Virus record (IMG/VR): IMGVR_UViG_3300046170_000148
Coordinates: 64,001-128,000 of that record
Direction: 5' to 3' (one strand)
Length of the DNA stretch: 64,000 bases
DNA from: a virus
Numbering within the stretch: the stretch's first letter is position 1; every line of letters starts with the position of its first letter. The translations under genes were made by a program, and so were the position numbers. The notes under the pieces are model-generated. The model was not told the DNA's origin. It saw only the letters and a program-made list of their open reading frames with translations, and did not search any database. This document shows, piece by piece, positions 10,589 to 20,391 of the stretch.

Positions 10589-12019
10589 TAGAATACTCTT
10601 ACGTTATATTTCTGTTCCCATTCTATAGCGTCTTCAATAGTATTGAGCATCGGTTGATGCCGTATGTTCAATGAAGTATTTAGTAACATTGGAACTCCTG
10701 TAAGTTCGTAATACTCCTCTAATATCTGTCTAATCACGGATTCACAATCAGGTTTTACCACTTGCACCCGTGCAGTCCCATCCACATGGGTCACAGAATC
10801 ATAGTCGTGTTTTGCGATTGAAGTATATTGCATGTATTCATTCATTGGGCCATCGAAGTAATCATCCGCAAACTCAGATAGAATCGCAGGCCCGAAGGGT
10901 CTGAATTTATGTCTGCGTTTGATATCATTGACTGTATCCTTGACATCGTAACGAACATCCCCAAGCAGAGACCGATTACCCAATGCACGAGGGCCAAACT
11001 CTGCTCGACCATTTGCAACACCACACACCTTGTTCTCAGAAAGATACTTTGCAACTTCTTTCGGGTTGATATCACGGTCAATATTGTGTCCCAGATATGG
11101 AGACCATTTTAGATGTGTCCCCCCTGTGTCTCGACTCCAACTATGTGCCGCTGCACCTAGAGAAGTTCCATCATCGGCAGGCGCAATACAAATATGCATA
11201 TCATCAAACAATTCTCGTATCTTGGAATTTGCCACAACATTTTGAGCACACCCACCAGAATATACGAGTTTAGAACCGAATCTTCTCGCTGACTTCATTA
11301 TCTTCATAACTTCGTCCTCAAAGAATTGTTGCATAGTGGCGGCGCAATCTGATTTAGTTATTACACTCATTCTTTGTATAATTTTTTGAATGAATTCCTT
11401 ATGTCTGCCTGTATAGGCATTTGCAGGGTCGAAATTTGATTGCAACAAATTATATAACTTTGGTTCTACATTTCCGTATGGAGATAGTCCCATCGTAACA
11501 TATTCATCAAATAAGTTAAATCCTATTTCCTTTGTTGCAACAGTGTATAATGAACCAAGACTTCTTGGCCAATAAACTATATGAATCGGTTCAAAGTTGT
11601 GGTCTAAGATGTTTATAGAGTCGGTTTCGCCTGAACCATCAACCGATACCATTACAGTATCTTCAATACTATCCCACGGCCTTGTATAGAAGGCGGATGC
11701 GTTGTGTGATAAATGATGTCTATGATACTCATCCGCTTTAAGTTCGCTTTTTTGAAGACTAGGATAAATTTTAATATCCTTTAGCGCTTCTTTGAATAAT
11801 ATGTCCCTTGCTTTTGTGTAGGTTCTATAACTTCTATCTTCGTAGAATATAAGTCGGTCATCGTCATTCACATTTTTCCATAGTTCAGGACAGATAGTAG
11901 CTTCATGTTTAAGTTTGGTATATCTTTCAGATGCGCTTAGCAAAAGAAACACTTCCATCAGTTTCTATTATACTGATAGCAGCGTCATGATAACCTTCAG
12001 CATATCCTACATATCTCAT
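10588..12019 (-). CDS. Carbamoyltransferase (NodU/CmcH/TobZ family), frameshift near 11960
   Basis: GYHDAAI N-terminus in another frame; HHLSH, VDGSGE, GGCAQN, EFGPRALGNRS, FRPF, HVDGTARVQ and LLNTSLN motifs. Confidence 0.92.
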
Positions 12020-12030
12020 GTAAGTATATA

Positions 12031-12612
12031 TCAGGTTAGATATTCGTAGATATCTTTCCAGTTTTTCATCAGGGGAAACTCTTCGTTGTCCATGTTGAAC
12101 CCGTGTTCCATCAGGATACTATCGAGACCAAAGGTTGCACCACACTTGGCATTCTCAACCTTGTCCTCAATCCACACATAGTCCTTACCTTCATACTCAC
12201 CCAGTTCGACATCTTTGTCAGCCCCAGTGTCAAGGTAGATGAACTTCTCAAACGCAGTCTCACCGAACAACTTCTGAAGGTTCTGTGTCCGAAGTTTCTG
12301 TGCGTTAGGGTCTTTACTCAAACTCGTGATTGCGTGAAAGACATACCCATGTTCTTCATGAAGTTTCTTGATGTAATGCATTGCATCACGGAGAGGCGGC
12401 AGAAAACCAATCGCAGCACTTTCGTTGAACAACCGAACCATCTTCTTTGACTCAGAACGTTCAATGCCGTAGATTTCACCTACATCATATGCATCAGGGT
12501 TCTTGACTGTGTAACCCTTCTCTTGCATCCATACATCAAATGCATATCCCCAGTTGAGGACAACACCGTCAATGTCGGTTAGAACTACTTTGTGATACTT
12601 TTTCATACTCAT
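12031..12612 (-). CDS. HAD-family 5'-nucleotidase-like protein (T4 gp30.2-like)
   Basis: LTDIDGVVLNW, ITS and WIEDK motifs. Confidence 0.8.
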   Translation of the reverse strand: MSMKKYHKVVLTDIDGVVLNWGYAFDVWMQEKGYTVKNPDAYDVGEIYGIERSESKKMVRLFNESAAIGFLPPLRDAMHYIKKLHEEHGYVFHAITSLSKDPNAQKLRTQNLQKLFGETAFEKFIYLDTGADKDVELGEYEGKDYVWIEDKVENAKCGATFGLDSILMEHGFNMDNEEFPLMKNWKDIYEYLT

Positions 12613-12632
12613 TCTCCATTTCTTATATTACT

Positions 12633-12661
12633 AATATACAACAGAGAACAGAGTTTGTCAA
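12633..12661 (-). promoter_or_regulatory. sigma70-type early promoter TTGACA-17-TATATT
   Basis: Read directly; the -35 box contains the TGA stop of ORF 12658-13497. Confidence 0.75.
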
Positions 12662-13497
12662 GCGTTTTTTAGATATTTGAACTTATTATTTTCGTAGTCT
12701 TCGAGCATGACAACCTTGTTGCCTCCGCCCGTGTAGTGTAGGAAATTCATGTCATACCCACGGTCATCTGACCAGTGTGTAGGAGTATCATTCCACTTCT
12801 GGTCGATACTTTTGACTTTGAATCCGTGTTTCATCAGTTGTCCAGAGATAAACGGTTGGTCATTATTTAACCAAAATGGGTCACCGTGTTCCTCGCCATC
12901 TTTCATGTAGTCTAACCAAGAGTCGAAACACTCACGAGCTTTGAGACGTGCCTCTTTTGTCCAGACAAGAACACCCGTATTAAATGTTGTCACATTACTA
13001 GTTCTATTAGGCGGTTTAGTAGGAACGATTGGAATGTTGTTTCTCTTATATTTTTCTTTTAACTGTGTGTATACTTCTTCATTATAATCCCAAGTATTAT
13101 ATCCGCCACCCTTAGAGGTTTGGATATCAGACTCAAAGACGCCAGTCACATCTATACCATCTTCTACCACATCAAAGATATTTTCCTCTGTGTTACAGAT
13201 GATATCGGTATCTACAAACAAAACTTTATCATACTCATCATACAAAGTATCATAGACCATACGGAGACATTCGAATAATAGAACTGTTGAACCCGTATGT
13301 CCCGCAGTAAAAACCTGTTTCGTTGAGTAGTGATGTTGTGCGCCTATCTTATCTGCATAGATGCGAAACGACTCGGCGGAAAGGTCTGCGGTTTTTCGAT
13401 ACAACTCTGCGCGTGTGCCTTGAGGATATTGAGGAACTCTACCACGTTTGTTAGTTTCCTCGTTGGCTATCATATATTGGAAGATTATGTTTTTCAT
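12658..13497 (-). CDS. GT-A fold glycosyltransferase (GT8/GT34-like)
   Basis: LFVDTDII, FNTGV, DQPF, KWN and FLHYTG motifs. Confidence 0.8.
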   Translation of the reverse strand: MKNIIFQYMIANEETNKRGRVPQYPQGTRAELYRKTADLSAESFRIYADKIGAQHHYSTKQVFTAGHTGSTVLLFECLRMVYDTLYDEYDKVLFVDTDIICNTEENIFDVVEDGIDVTGVFESDIQTSKGGGYNTWDYNEEVYTQLKEKYKRNNIPIVPTKPPNRTSNVTTFNTGVLVWTKEARLKARECFDSWLDYMKDGEEHGDPFWLNNDQPFISGQLMKHGFKVKSIDQKWNDTPTHWSDDRGYDMNFLHYTGGGNKVVMLEDYENNKFKYLKNA

Positions 13498-13784
13498 ATT
13501 GCTTGTTCGGCCGGTTGTTCTACCATCGGCTCCATGCCAGGCTTCTCAGGGAATCTCTTTGAGATAATATTCTTTTGTTCACATGTGGGGTCATCAAATT
13601 CTACGATGAAGTTGAATGCTTTCGTGAAGTCATCGAGGATTTCTTTTTCCATCATGTCCAGAGTGTCAAGACACTCATCTTGAGTATCATAATATGCAAA
13701 TTGTCCTATAGGTGCGTGATGACTTTCAATCCAGAACTCCTCACCACCCATAGTGAATGCAATAATTATGACCCACTTAATCAT
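13494..13784 (-). CDS. Hypothetical protein
   Basis: 96-aa ORF with a hydrophobic N-terminus, coupled to its neighbours. Confidence 0.55.
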   Translation of the reverse strand: MIKWVIIIAFTMGGEEFWIESHHAPIGQFAYYDTQDECLDTLDMMEKEILDDFTKAFNFIVEFDDPTCEQKNIISKRFPEKPGMEPMVEQPAEQAI

Positions 13785-14242
13785 TCGATAAGTCCAGTCT
13801 TATAGACTGTCTTACCATCTTCCCTCATAGCAGTTAGAACAGATTTGCGATTACCTTCAACTTTATACGACACATGAACCCAACCACTGTCAGGAATGCC
13901 AGGCGTATAGAACTCAAGGATGAGTTGGTCAAAGTCTAGATTGTCTTCAATCCACTTTGCAACTTCGTAGTTGGATGTGCCTGGGCATTCAATATCCACT
14001 GCCTCACCCTTACAGTGTTGTGACCGTGACGAACCACCCACTGCTTCATTCAGTGCAGGGCCACGGTATCCAGAGTTGATAGTAGTGACACCGAAGTTAT
14101 CTCGAACAGGTTGAACGACCATCAGGAATAATGCCTGTGCCGCAACCAAGTGTTCTTCATTCGGTGTATTATCGATACCTTGTCGCAGAGCAGTCTGGGA
14201 CTTGGTAAATTCACTCAGGGTGAAGTTTGGTGATAGTCTCAA
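13781..14242 (-). CDS. Peptidase M15A zinc D-Ala-D-Ala peptidase (endolysin-like)
   Basis: LSPNFTLSEF, SGYR, SQHCKGEAVD and WVHVSY motifs; probable TTG start. Confidence 0.88.
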   Translation of the reverse strand: MRLSPNFTLSEFTKSQTALRQGIDNTPNEEHLVAAQALFLMVVQPVRDNFGVTTINSGYRGPALNEAVGGSSRSQHCKGEAVDIECPGTSNYEVAKWIEDNLDFDQLILEFYTPGIPDSGWVHVSYKVEGNRKSVLTAMREDGKTVYKTGLIE

Positions 14243-14925
14243 TTTAGTTTTCCTCTTTCGACCATTTCTTTGGTCATTATATAATCTCTTACAAAGTCTG
14301 ACCTTACAATATCTGCCCATCCGAATTCTACCGTTGTAAAGTTATTCATGACTTCCATTATGTTTAGAAAGTCTAGAACACCGTTCTTGTCAGTCTCTTT
14401 ATTTAGGTCTGATTGATAGTAGTCACCACTGAAGATAATGCGTGTGTTGCGTCCTACACGGGTGATAATACTATCCAGTTCGTGATATGTAAGGTTCTGC
14501 ATCTCATCAACCAGAATGACCGCATCGTCGATTGTCTGTCCTCTAATGAATGAGGTGGACATAAAAGAGACTGCTCCTTGTGTCTCAAGCGCATCATATG
14601 CCATCTTCTCATTGAACAGTTCGGTTGCGATTGCCCGATATGGCGCTGTATATGCGTCCACCTTCTCCTCGATTGAGCCGGGCAGATAACCCATCTCTCG
14701 TGTCGGAACAACACTCCTTACGATAACAAGTTTGTCTTGTTCATATGACTTGTCGAGAACATCAGAAAGGGCAAGATACATTCCAATGAATGTCTTACCT
14801 GTGCCAGCAGAACCAGCGAGAACCAGATGGTCTCCGTCATCCCAAGAGTCGTATGCTATCTTTTGATTTTGTGTGATTGCATCGTAGTTGAGGAGATGGT
14901 CTATCTTCAGACGTTTCATCGTCAT
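14239..14925 (-). CDS. phoH: PhoH-family ATPase
   Basis: GSAGTGKT, GYLPG, FIRG, DEMQN, TRVG, GDYYQSD and DIVRS motifs. Confidence 0.95.
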   Translation of the reverse strand: MTMKRLKIDHLLNYDAITQNQKIAYDSWDDGDHLVLAGSAGTGKTFIGMYLALSDVLDKSYEQDKLVIVRSVVPTREMGYLPGSIEEKVDAYTAPYRAIATELFNEKMAYDALETQGAVSFMSTSFIRGQTIDDAVILVDEMQNLTYHELDSIITRVGRNTRIIFSGDYYQSDLNKETDKNGVLDFLNIMEVMNNFTTVEFGWADIVRSDFVRDYIMTKEMVERGKLN

Positions 14926-15140
14926 GTCTTGATAGTGTTCGACCTACCCGAACCCTTCTTGATATTCTTCATCAGGTCTTTCCAATCGCCCGATGTTTTA
15001 TTGATTACGTTACCTGTCGATGAGACAAAGCCGGGTGTGCCTAAAACCTGTTCCATTGGTTCTTCTGAACCGATTGGATACCACTGGTCGTTGTCAGAGT
15101 CCCAGAAGTAACCGTCTTCTTCAATGCGTTTTTTAGTCAT
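14922..15140 (-). CDS. Small conserved T4-like phage protein upstream of phoH
   Basis: C-terminal WKDLMKNIKKGSGRSNTI is typical of the small gene preceding phoH in T4-like phages (from recall). Confidence 0.55.
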   Translation of the reverse strand: MTKKRIEEDGYFWDSDNDQWYPIGSEEPMEQVLGTPGFVSSTGNVINKTSGDWKDLMKNIKKGSGRSNTIKT

Positions 15141-15150
15141 AATTAAACTT

Positions 15151-15723
15151 TTATTTTTTCCTATAATAACAAAAATAAGTTGGTTCAGTATTGTAAATCG
15201 TTCCAGCGTAATGGTGATTATATAGTTCTAAATTATTATCTTCAGCCATAGACCCAAAAATCTTTTCATTACTACCAAATGCGCTTTCTATCAGTATAAC
15301 AATACCATCATCTGTCAAATGATTTGAAACTTGATTCAAAAACTTCCTATGAATGTTCCAATTATTATCTACAACCTTTAATGGAGTGATATCCGATTTA
15401 GCGGTCTGATATATGTATGTATATGGCATATTCAAATACCAAGGCGGATTACCAACAATCAAATCATATTTACCATCAACACCATCAAAACAATCACTAA
15501 GATATGACATACTATCGGGATATTCATTTTTACAGTAATTTATAGCTTCAGGGTTGATATCTGCATATGATACTGATGAAACTATGCCTGTCTTAAATAA
15601 ACTATCGCCGATGTAACCATGACCACAGAACATCTCAAGACAATTTTTGTGGTCAGACCAATCTATGTTATCAACAAAAAATTGTTGAGATTGAAACCCA
15701 GCTCCGTCTAATTTGTTGTTCAT
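15151..15723 (-). CDS. SAM-dependent N-methyltransferase (HemK/MTS-like)
   Basis: EMFCGHG, DINPEA and YDLIVGNPPW motifs; AT-rich. Confidence 0.8.
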   Translation of the reverse strand: MNNKLDGAGFQSQQFFVDNIDWSDHKNCLEMFCGHGYIGDSLFKTGIVSSVSYADINPEAINYCKNEYPDSMSYLSDCFDGVDGKYDLIVGNPPWYLNMPYTYIYQTAKSDITPLKVVDNNWNIHRKFLNQVSNHLTDDGIVILIESAFGSNEKIFGSMAEDNNLELYNHHYAGTIYNTEPTYFCYYRKK

Positions 15724-15725
15724 TA

Positions 15726-15768
15726 CAAGTAACGTTGAGGGCGACCAGCACCCCCAACGAGATACTTG
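15726..15768 (-). promoter_or_regulatory. Stem-loop between an SD-like sequence and the ATG (candidate split RBS)
   Basis: CAAGTA..CGTTGGGGGTG/CGCCCTCAACG..TACTTG hairpin; AAGGTAGGTG lies 5' of it and the ATG lies 2 nt 3' of it. Confidence 0.55.
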
Positions 15769-15779
15769 ACCACCTACCT

Positions 15780-15947
15780 TTATGCTAGAATTGAACTTTC
15801 GTATTCAGAAATAGTCTGATTGAGAAAACTTTGTTTCTTTGATAACTTGTGAGCGAGGTTGTCGCGTCCCTTTTTCTTGAGACGGTGTATATAGTTATCA
15901 AGTTCTCGGCTGTCGTTTTTCAATCTCTCTATTTGTGTTCTTGGCAT
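15780..15947 (-). CDS. Small basic helical protein (55 aa, not in the ORF track)
   Basis: MPRTQIERLKNDSRELDNYIHRLKKKGRDNLAHKLSKKQSFLNQTISEYESSILA, preceded by an AAGGAG SD. Confidence 0.7.
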   Translation of the reverse strand: MPRTQIERLKNDSRELDNYIHRLKKKGRDNLAHKLSKKQSFLNQTISEYESSILA

Positions 15948-15989
15948 AATTGCTCCTTGTTCTAGAGTTGAAATAAAACATAACGAAAG

Positions 15990-16410
15990 TTAGGATAATA
16001 GGTTCGGGAACGCCTCCTCTACTATCTTCTTAGTCAAACCTTTTACTGGTGCTTTCTTAGCGACCATATTGAGAACGATGATTGCATCTTCAGCGTGGAT
16101 ACTTTCCAATAACTGAATGAACATTGTCTCACGTCTCATGTTTGTAATCTTTTCCGATTGAGGTAAACCCTTTACAAAGTAACCAAAGTTGCGATGTTCC
16201 TTACGCAGGGTCGAGGGAACACTCTCTGGTCTGTTTGGATTGTAGGGTGGTTTACCTTCGGGTAAACTGAATTCCAGAGTCTTGTCATACGCGCCGCGAC
16301 AGACATCTCGAATGGCAGGGATATTGTTTGCTTTTAAGCAATTTAATTTTATCGGCTCTGGTAGTTTGTTGCCCAAACTGTTCCAGAATTTCGAATACTT
16401 CTAATTCCAT
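15990..16410 (-). CDS. Conserved T4-like hypothetical protein (frameshift near 16370)
   Basis: MELEVFEILE start with GAGG SD; LPEGKPPY, RRETMFIQLLE and EAFP motifs. Confidence 0.7.
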
Positions 16411-16425
16411 TAGAATCCTCTTATA

Positions 16426-16662
16426 TTATATAGGGTTTTCAATCTCTTCATGGTGCGATTTATGCACATAATTCATAAAATATTCACGCACACCAGACGA
16501 ACTATAAGAGAAGCCTGGAATGGTATGAATACTTATATAGTCATCATTTACCACCCGAAAGATTTCAAACCAGTTCTTGTCAAATCCATCTCCGTCAGGA
16601 TAGTCGGAGCGGGTTAAAATGAAGTCGCCTATTCGGGCGACTTCGGTGTCAAAAGGTTTCAT
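16426..16662 (-). CDS. Hypothetical protein
   Basis: 78-aa ORF, ATGA-coupled to the upstream gene. Confidence 0.55.
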   Translation of the reverse strand: MKPFDTEVARIGDFILTRSDYPDGDGFDKNWFEIFRVVNDDYISIHTIPGFSYSSSGVREYFMNYVHKSHHEEIENPI

Positions 16663-17087
16663 GCTGCAATGGCCTCCTCGCCGTTGTAGATGTAACCTTT
16701 GTCAAACTTGCCTACATTGACGTTCACATAGTATGCAATGTCAAAGTAGTCAGTCATGATGTCGGTCTTGTTATACCACTCACCACGACTCGTTTCACCT
16801 TTCATGGCGGTAACCAATTCGTTCAGAAAGTCAGCAGTCACTCCGCTATAGAACTTGTCAATGTGATATGTGTTGACTTGACTGTGATGACGACCATCAG
16901 TGGCAGTGTAAAAGATATCATTGCCACGAACATCTACACCTTCGAAGTTCAAAGGGCCTTCTTTCAAGGTTACAACCAAAGAACTGTGGTGATTGATGCT
17001 GATAGAACCTTTCATACCATACTTCTTGAGAACTGCCTTAATGCCAGGCGCTAACTCTTTTTTCATCTCTTGTGATACATAAGCCAT
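16659..17087 (-). CDS. Conserved early phage protein of unknown function
   Basis: MAYVSQE..K.LAP.IKAVLKKY and MTDYFD.AYY...G motifs; strong promoter and GAGG SD. Confidence 0.75.
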   Translation of the reverse strand: MAYVSQEMKKELAPGIKAVLKKYGMKGSISINHHSSLVVTLKEGPLNFEGVDVRGNDIFYTATDGRHHSQVNTYHIDKFYSGVTADFLNELVTAMKGETSRGEWYNKTDIMTDYFDIAYYVNVNVGKFDKGYIYNGEEAIAA

Positions 17088-17118
17088 AGTTTGTTTCCTC
17101 TCTCTTAACTATACTATT

Positions 17119-17147
17119 ATATTACGACATCCCGCAAAGAATGTCAA
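17119..17147 (-). promoter_or_regulatory. sigma70-type early promoter TTGACA-17-TAATAT
   Basis: The -35 box contains the TGA stop of the upstream ORF ending at 17144. Confidence 0.75.
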
Positions 17148-17386
17148 GCAAAAAGTGCCAAATATTCAGGATTATTTGTTTCTAAAGTAACAAACGGCCC
17201 GAAGTATGATTCGAAGGCAACCAACAGGTGATTGTAGTCACCCGCCTGTAAGTCTTCCATGACTTCATCTTTATTGTAATCAAGTTCCCGACACAGATTA
17301 GATGCAGCACCTAGAAGGACAAACGCATTGCCTTCGGGGCCATCTAGGTTGAGAACATATCCAGTATCATTGTTTTGACGTATCAT
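17144..17386 (-). CDS. Small conserved phage protein
   Basis: LDGPEGNAFVLLG...GDYNHLL..FE..FG motif; start MIRQ at 17386. Confidence 0.7.
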   Translation of the reverse strand: MIRQNNDTGYVLNLDGPEGNAFVLLGAASNLCRELDYNKDEVMEDLQAGDYNHLLVAFESYFGPFVTLETNNPEYLALFA

Positions 17387-17387
17387 A

Positions 17388-17663
17388 TTAAGCCTCTGCT
17401 TTCCAATTGTAAAGATTGATATCAAACTCTTCCATAAGAATACCAGCGATAATCTCACGGTCAACGGTGTCACCACCGCCCCACCGATGTTCGCCATCGA
17501 TAAAGAACTCTTCATCGCCGCGCATCAGATAGATGTTGATGGCTTCCATGATTTGTTCACGATTCGCATGACCACTCTCACCATACAGCTTGACCTTCAC
17601 CGTAGAACATCTCACAGTAGTCTGCGAAGTTCTGTTTCTCTTTAAAAGTAATTTCCGTAATCA
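17388..17663 (-). CDS. Hypothetical early protein (probable frameshift near 17610)
   Basis: MITEITFKEKQNFADY start with AAGGA SD, continuing into the frame containing LYG...WGGGDTVDRE. Confidence 0.55.
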
Positions 17664-17695
17664 TTTCTAGTTCCTTTCAACTCAACTTATACTTT

Positions 17696-17724
17696 ATATT
17701 ACAACAAGTATCAGGAATTGTCAA
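17696..17724 (-). promoter_or_regulatory. sigma70-type early promoter TTGACA-17-TAATAT
   Basis: The -35 box contains the TGA stop of ORF 17721-18683. Confidence 0.75.
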
Positions 17725-18683
17725 GCACTATTTTCAAATAAAATGTTTTTTTCTGCTTCCCAATAATCGTGGAAATCTCCCCGTTCTTCGGGTGTCATAA
17801 TCCTTACGGTCTCAAGAAAGTCATCATCACCCATCAATTCAAACAGATTACTCATACTATCAGGGCCATCTGTATACATTGCATTGACCTCATATCGTTT
17901 CATCTTGCGTATCGTTCTACGAACAAGCACCTTTACTCTATCACCATATAGTTTAGGTGACGGCGTTAAGAGATAAACCAATCTCTTTGAGTTCATCAGT
18001 GCGGGTAGGATACCTTTTTGTAGAATGTCACGGTGGTGGAGTGATGTGCTGAACCCAAACACCTCATCCTTTGGAAAGTCTTTCAGTCCAGACAGAAGTT
18101 CTTGATGGGTGACATCTCCGAATTTAGGTTCGTCGGAATCCAGATTATAGTTCACTACGATTGCAATGTCCTCTTTATCGACCCGCCACGGTTGGATATC
18201 ATCTGTCGGCATACCCCTGACACCCTCATACGATGAAGTGAACCCAGTCTTTCCAAGAGCCTCAAATGCTTTTCTCCAATACGGAAACAACTCATAATTT
18301 ATGTCCTCATCATATATCGTATGTTGGACAAAGTGACGATTGGTGTTGAACTTGGTTGTCCAGTTGGTGATATTGTCAATGACCCTATCACTTCTCTTTA
18401 CAAAATCATCTGCGCCATCATGCATGTATTCATCATTTGTAATATCCCAGAGAAAGTTGTCCCATATGAATAACGGTAGTCCCAGTTCAAGACATGCGAT
18501 ATAGGATGCGATATACGATATACCATCAGCCGGAAGGTTGAGACATACGACATCACCCTTCTCCATACCCTTTGATAAAAAGAAACGTTTGTGTTGGTTG
18601 ATAACAAGACACAGGTTCTCATAATCGACATCATCGATTAGAAGGTCTTTTCGAATAATCTCACGACTTATTATTGCGTTCAT
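17721..18683 (-). CDS. Degenerate ANL/AMP-binding-like protein
   Basis: KGMEKGDVVCLNLP..ASYIACLELG is an ANL N-terminal motif; the A3 loop is eroded. Confidence 0.6.
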   Translation of the reverse strand: MNAIISREIIRKDLLIDDVDYENLCLVINQHKRFFLSKGMEKGDVVCLNLPADGISYIASYIACLELGLPLFIWDNFLWDITNDEYMHDGADDFVKRSDRVIDNITNWTTKFNTNRHFVQHTIYDEDINYELFPYWRKAFEALGKTGFTSSYEGVRGMPTDDIQPWRVDKEDIAIVVNYNLDSDEPKFGDVTHQELLSGLKDFPKDEVFGFSTSLHHRDILQKGILPALMNSKRLVYLLTPSPKLYGDRVKVLVRRTIRKMKRYEVNAMYTDGPDSMSNLFELMGDDDFLETVRIMTPEERGDFHDYWEAEKNILFENSA

Positions 18684-19900
18684 TTAGATATCCGCGAAGT
18701 TGTTCAAAATTTATCTTTGTATCTTGAAAGAAAGGTTCGAGGTCAACATCATCTGGGACTTCAGGCAAGTCTCGTGGTTCGATAAAGAACTGACCATCGA
18801 ATGTCAAATCGTCCTCGATATATCTTGGTTCGTCCCAGAGTTCACACCGAACTTCTTTACCATCAAACTGATAAAAGTCATCTGCCAATACACCTAGACC
18901 ATTCTCTTTGACTACACTGTCCTTATCAACAAAATTTATCAATAGTGGGATTGCAGTATCGATAGACCCGTAGTGTGAATGAAACTTCACATTATATTCT
19001 CGTGCGAAGTCTACAAACTGCTTCATCAAGGGCGAACCCACACATATTGATATTCAACGTTCTTGTAAAAGGTTCACTAAACATCTGTAAAAATAGTTCT
19101 AAGGATTCTTTATTAGGAATCATAATATGAGAGGGGTTTGTCCACACAAATGTCGAAAACTGAATATAATGTATATACTCAGACTTCATCTCACCTAATG
19201 CAAACGTAGTGTGATACTTTGCAATCATCAATGAGGGAATTAGAGATGTCAACATTGAGGATGCATGATGTAAGTTTCTGCTATGACCGATAGCTGAAGT
19301 TTCGTCGAAATCGAAAACATTTACGTTTCTTTTCGATATTTCCATAACCTCTCTATGTGAGAACACGATAGGTCTCGATGGTTTTGTAGTCCCACTTGTA
19401 GAACTTAGTAATAGTGGGTCGGTATCTTCCACTGTCCACCATGAGGGTTGAGTATCTACTACAACATTAACGTCCATATCAAGGATATCAATTTGTTGAC
19501 CACAGTATCGGTCTAGTAATTTTCCGTGTAACCCATCATAAGTTATTCTACCAGAATCTCCTTGAGAGATATACCACTGTGTTGGGCCATGTAATGCGAC
19601 CTTCGTATATGGGAGAGACTCTTCTGTGGCGGGAGAATCCAATAGGAATAGAACAAGTCCAAGTTCCGCACATGCAATGATTGACGCGACATGTAAATCA
19701 TCAACTTGCATGAGGGAGATTGTAATCTTGTCTCCCTTTTCCACACCACTTTTGATAAGTTTGTTCTTTATGCGATTAACCTGTCTCACAAGATAGTCTT
19801 TATCGTGTGTTCGATTTGGGTCAGTAACCCACTCTAGGCCATCTCTCAGAACATCACGATTTAAGATGTTTGGAATGGATTTTACAGCCGATGAACTCAT
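18661..19900 (-). CDS. ANL-superfamily AMP-binding (acyl-CoA synthetase-like) protein, frameshift near 19020
   Basis: GVEKGDKITISL, LLSSTSGTTKPSRPIVFSH (A3), LHH, HYGSID (A5-like) and TKINFEQLR (A10-like). Confidence 0.75.
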
Positions 19901-20260
19901 TGTAATAATCGTCTCTCAATAACACATCGTGTTCGAACTGGAGTTTTCGCCTCGTAGTAGGAACACTCACCTTTGGTATAACACAGGCGGAGTATCTCAC
20001 GCTCAAAGGTTACACCCTTCTTCAATCAACAGTTGCACCTCTTTGGATGAACCGTAGTAGTCTCTCCAATCAGACTGAACGCGAGTTCTCACTCTGCGTT
20101 TTCTTGTTTTGGTAACAGGAAGAATCTTCGGTTTCCAGAAGAATTTCTTACCGATATACTTCTTCCCGTTCTTCAAATTCACAATGCAGTAGACGAACCC
20201 CTGATATTCTTCGAGGAGTTCGTCTTCTGGTTCAAATGGTTTACCTTGATACGTCCACAT
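19854..20260 (-). CDS. GIY-YIG-like conserved T4-like protein (frameshifted near 19950-20000)
   Basis: GFVYCIVN..NGKKYIGKK and SDWRDYYGSS; continues REILRLC...YYNEFIG in other frames. Confidence 0.7.
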
Positions 20261-20274
20261 GGATGTATATAGGG

Positions 20275-20391
20275 TTAAGATAAAGCAGACCCACACATGG
20301 GGCAGAACGAAGGTTCTTCTTCACTGTCGAAGACTAGAACTTCGGTTCGATGGTCACATACTTCACATTCAAGGTCATATGTCTCATCCAC
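20275..20391 (-). CDS. Small zinc-ribbon protein (38 aa, not in the ORF track)
   Basis: GTG start; MDETYDLECEVCDHRTEVLVFDSEEEPSFCPMCGSALS with two CxxC pairs. Confidence 0.65.
   Translation of the reverse strand: MDETYDLECEVCDHRTEVLVFDSEEEPSFCPMCGSALS

Noticed and set aside
19854-20260. Mobile homing endonuclease
   Set aside because: A short GIY-YIG-like protein without a DNA-binding tail, intron or insertion scar; it looks like a conserved T4-like gene
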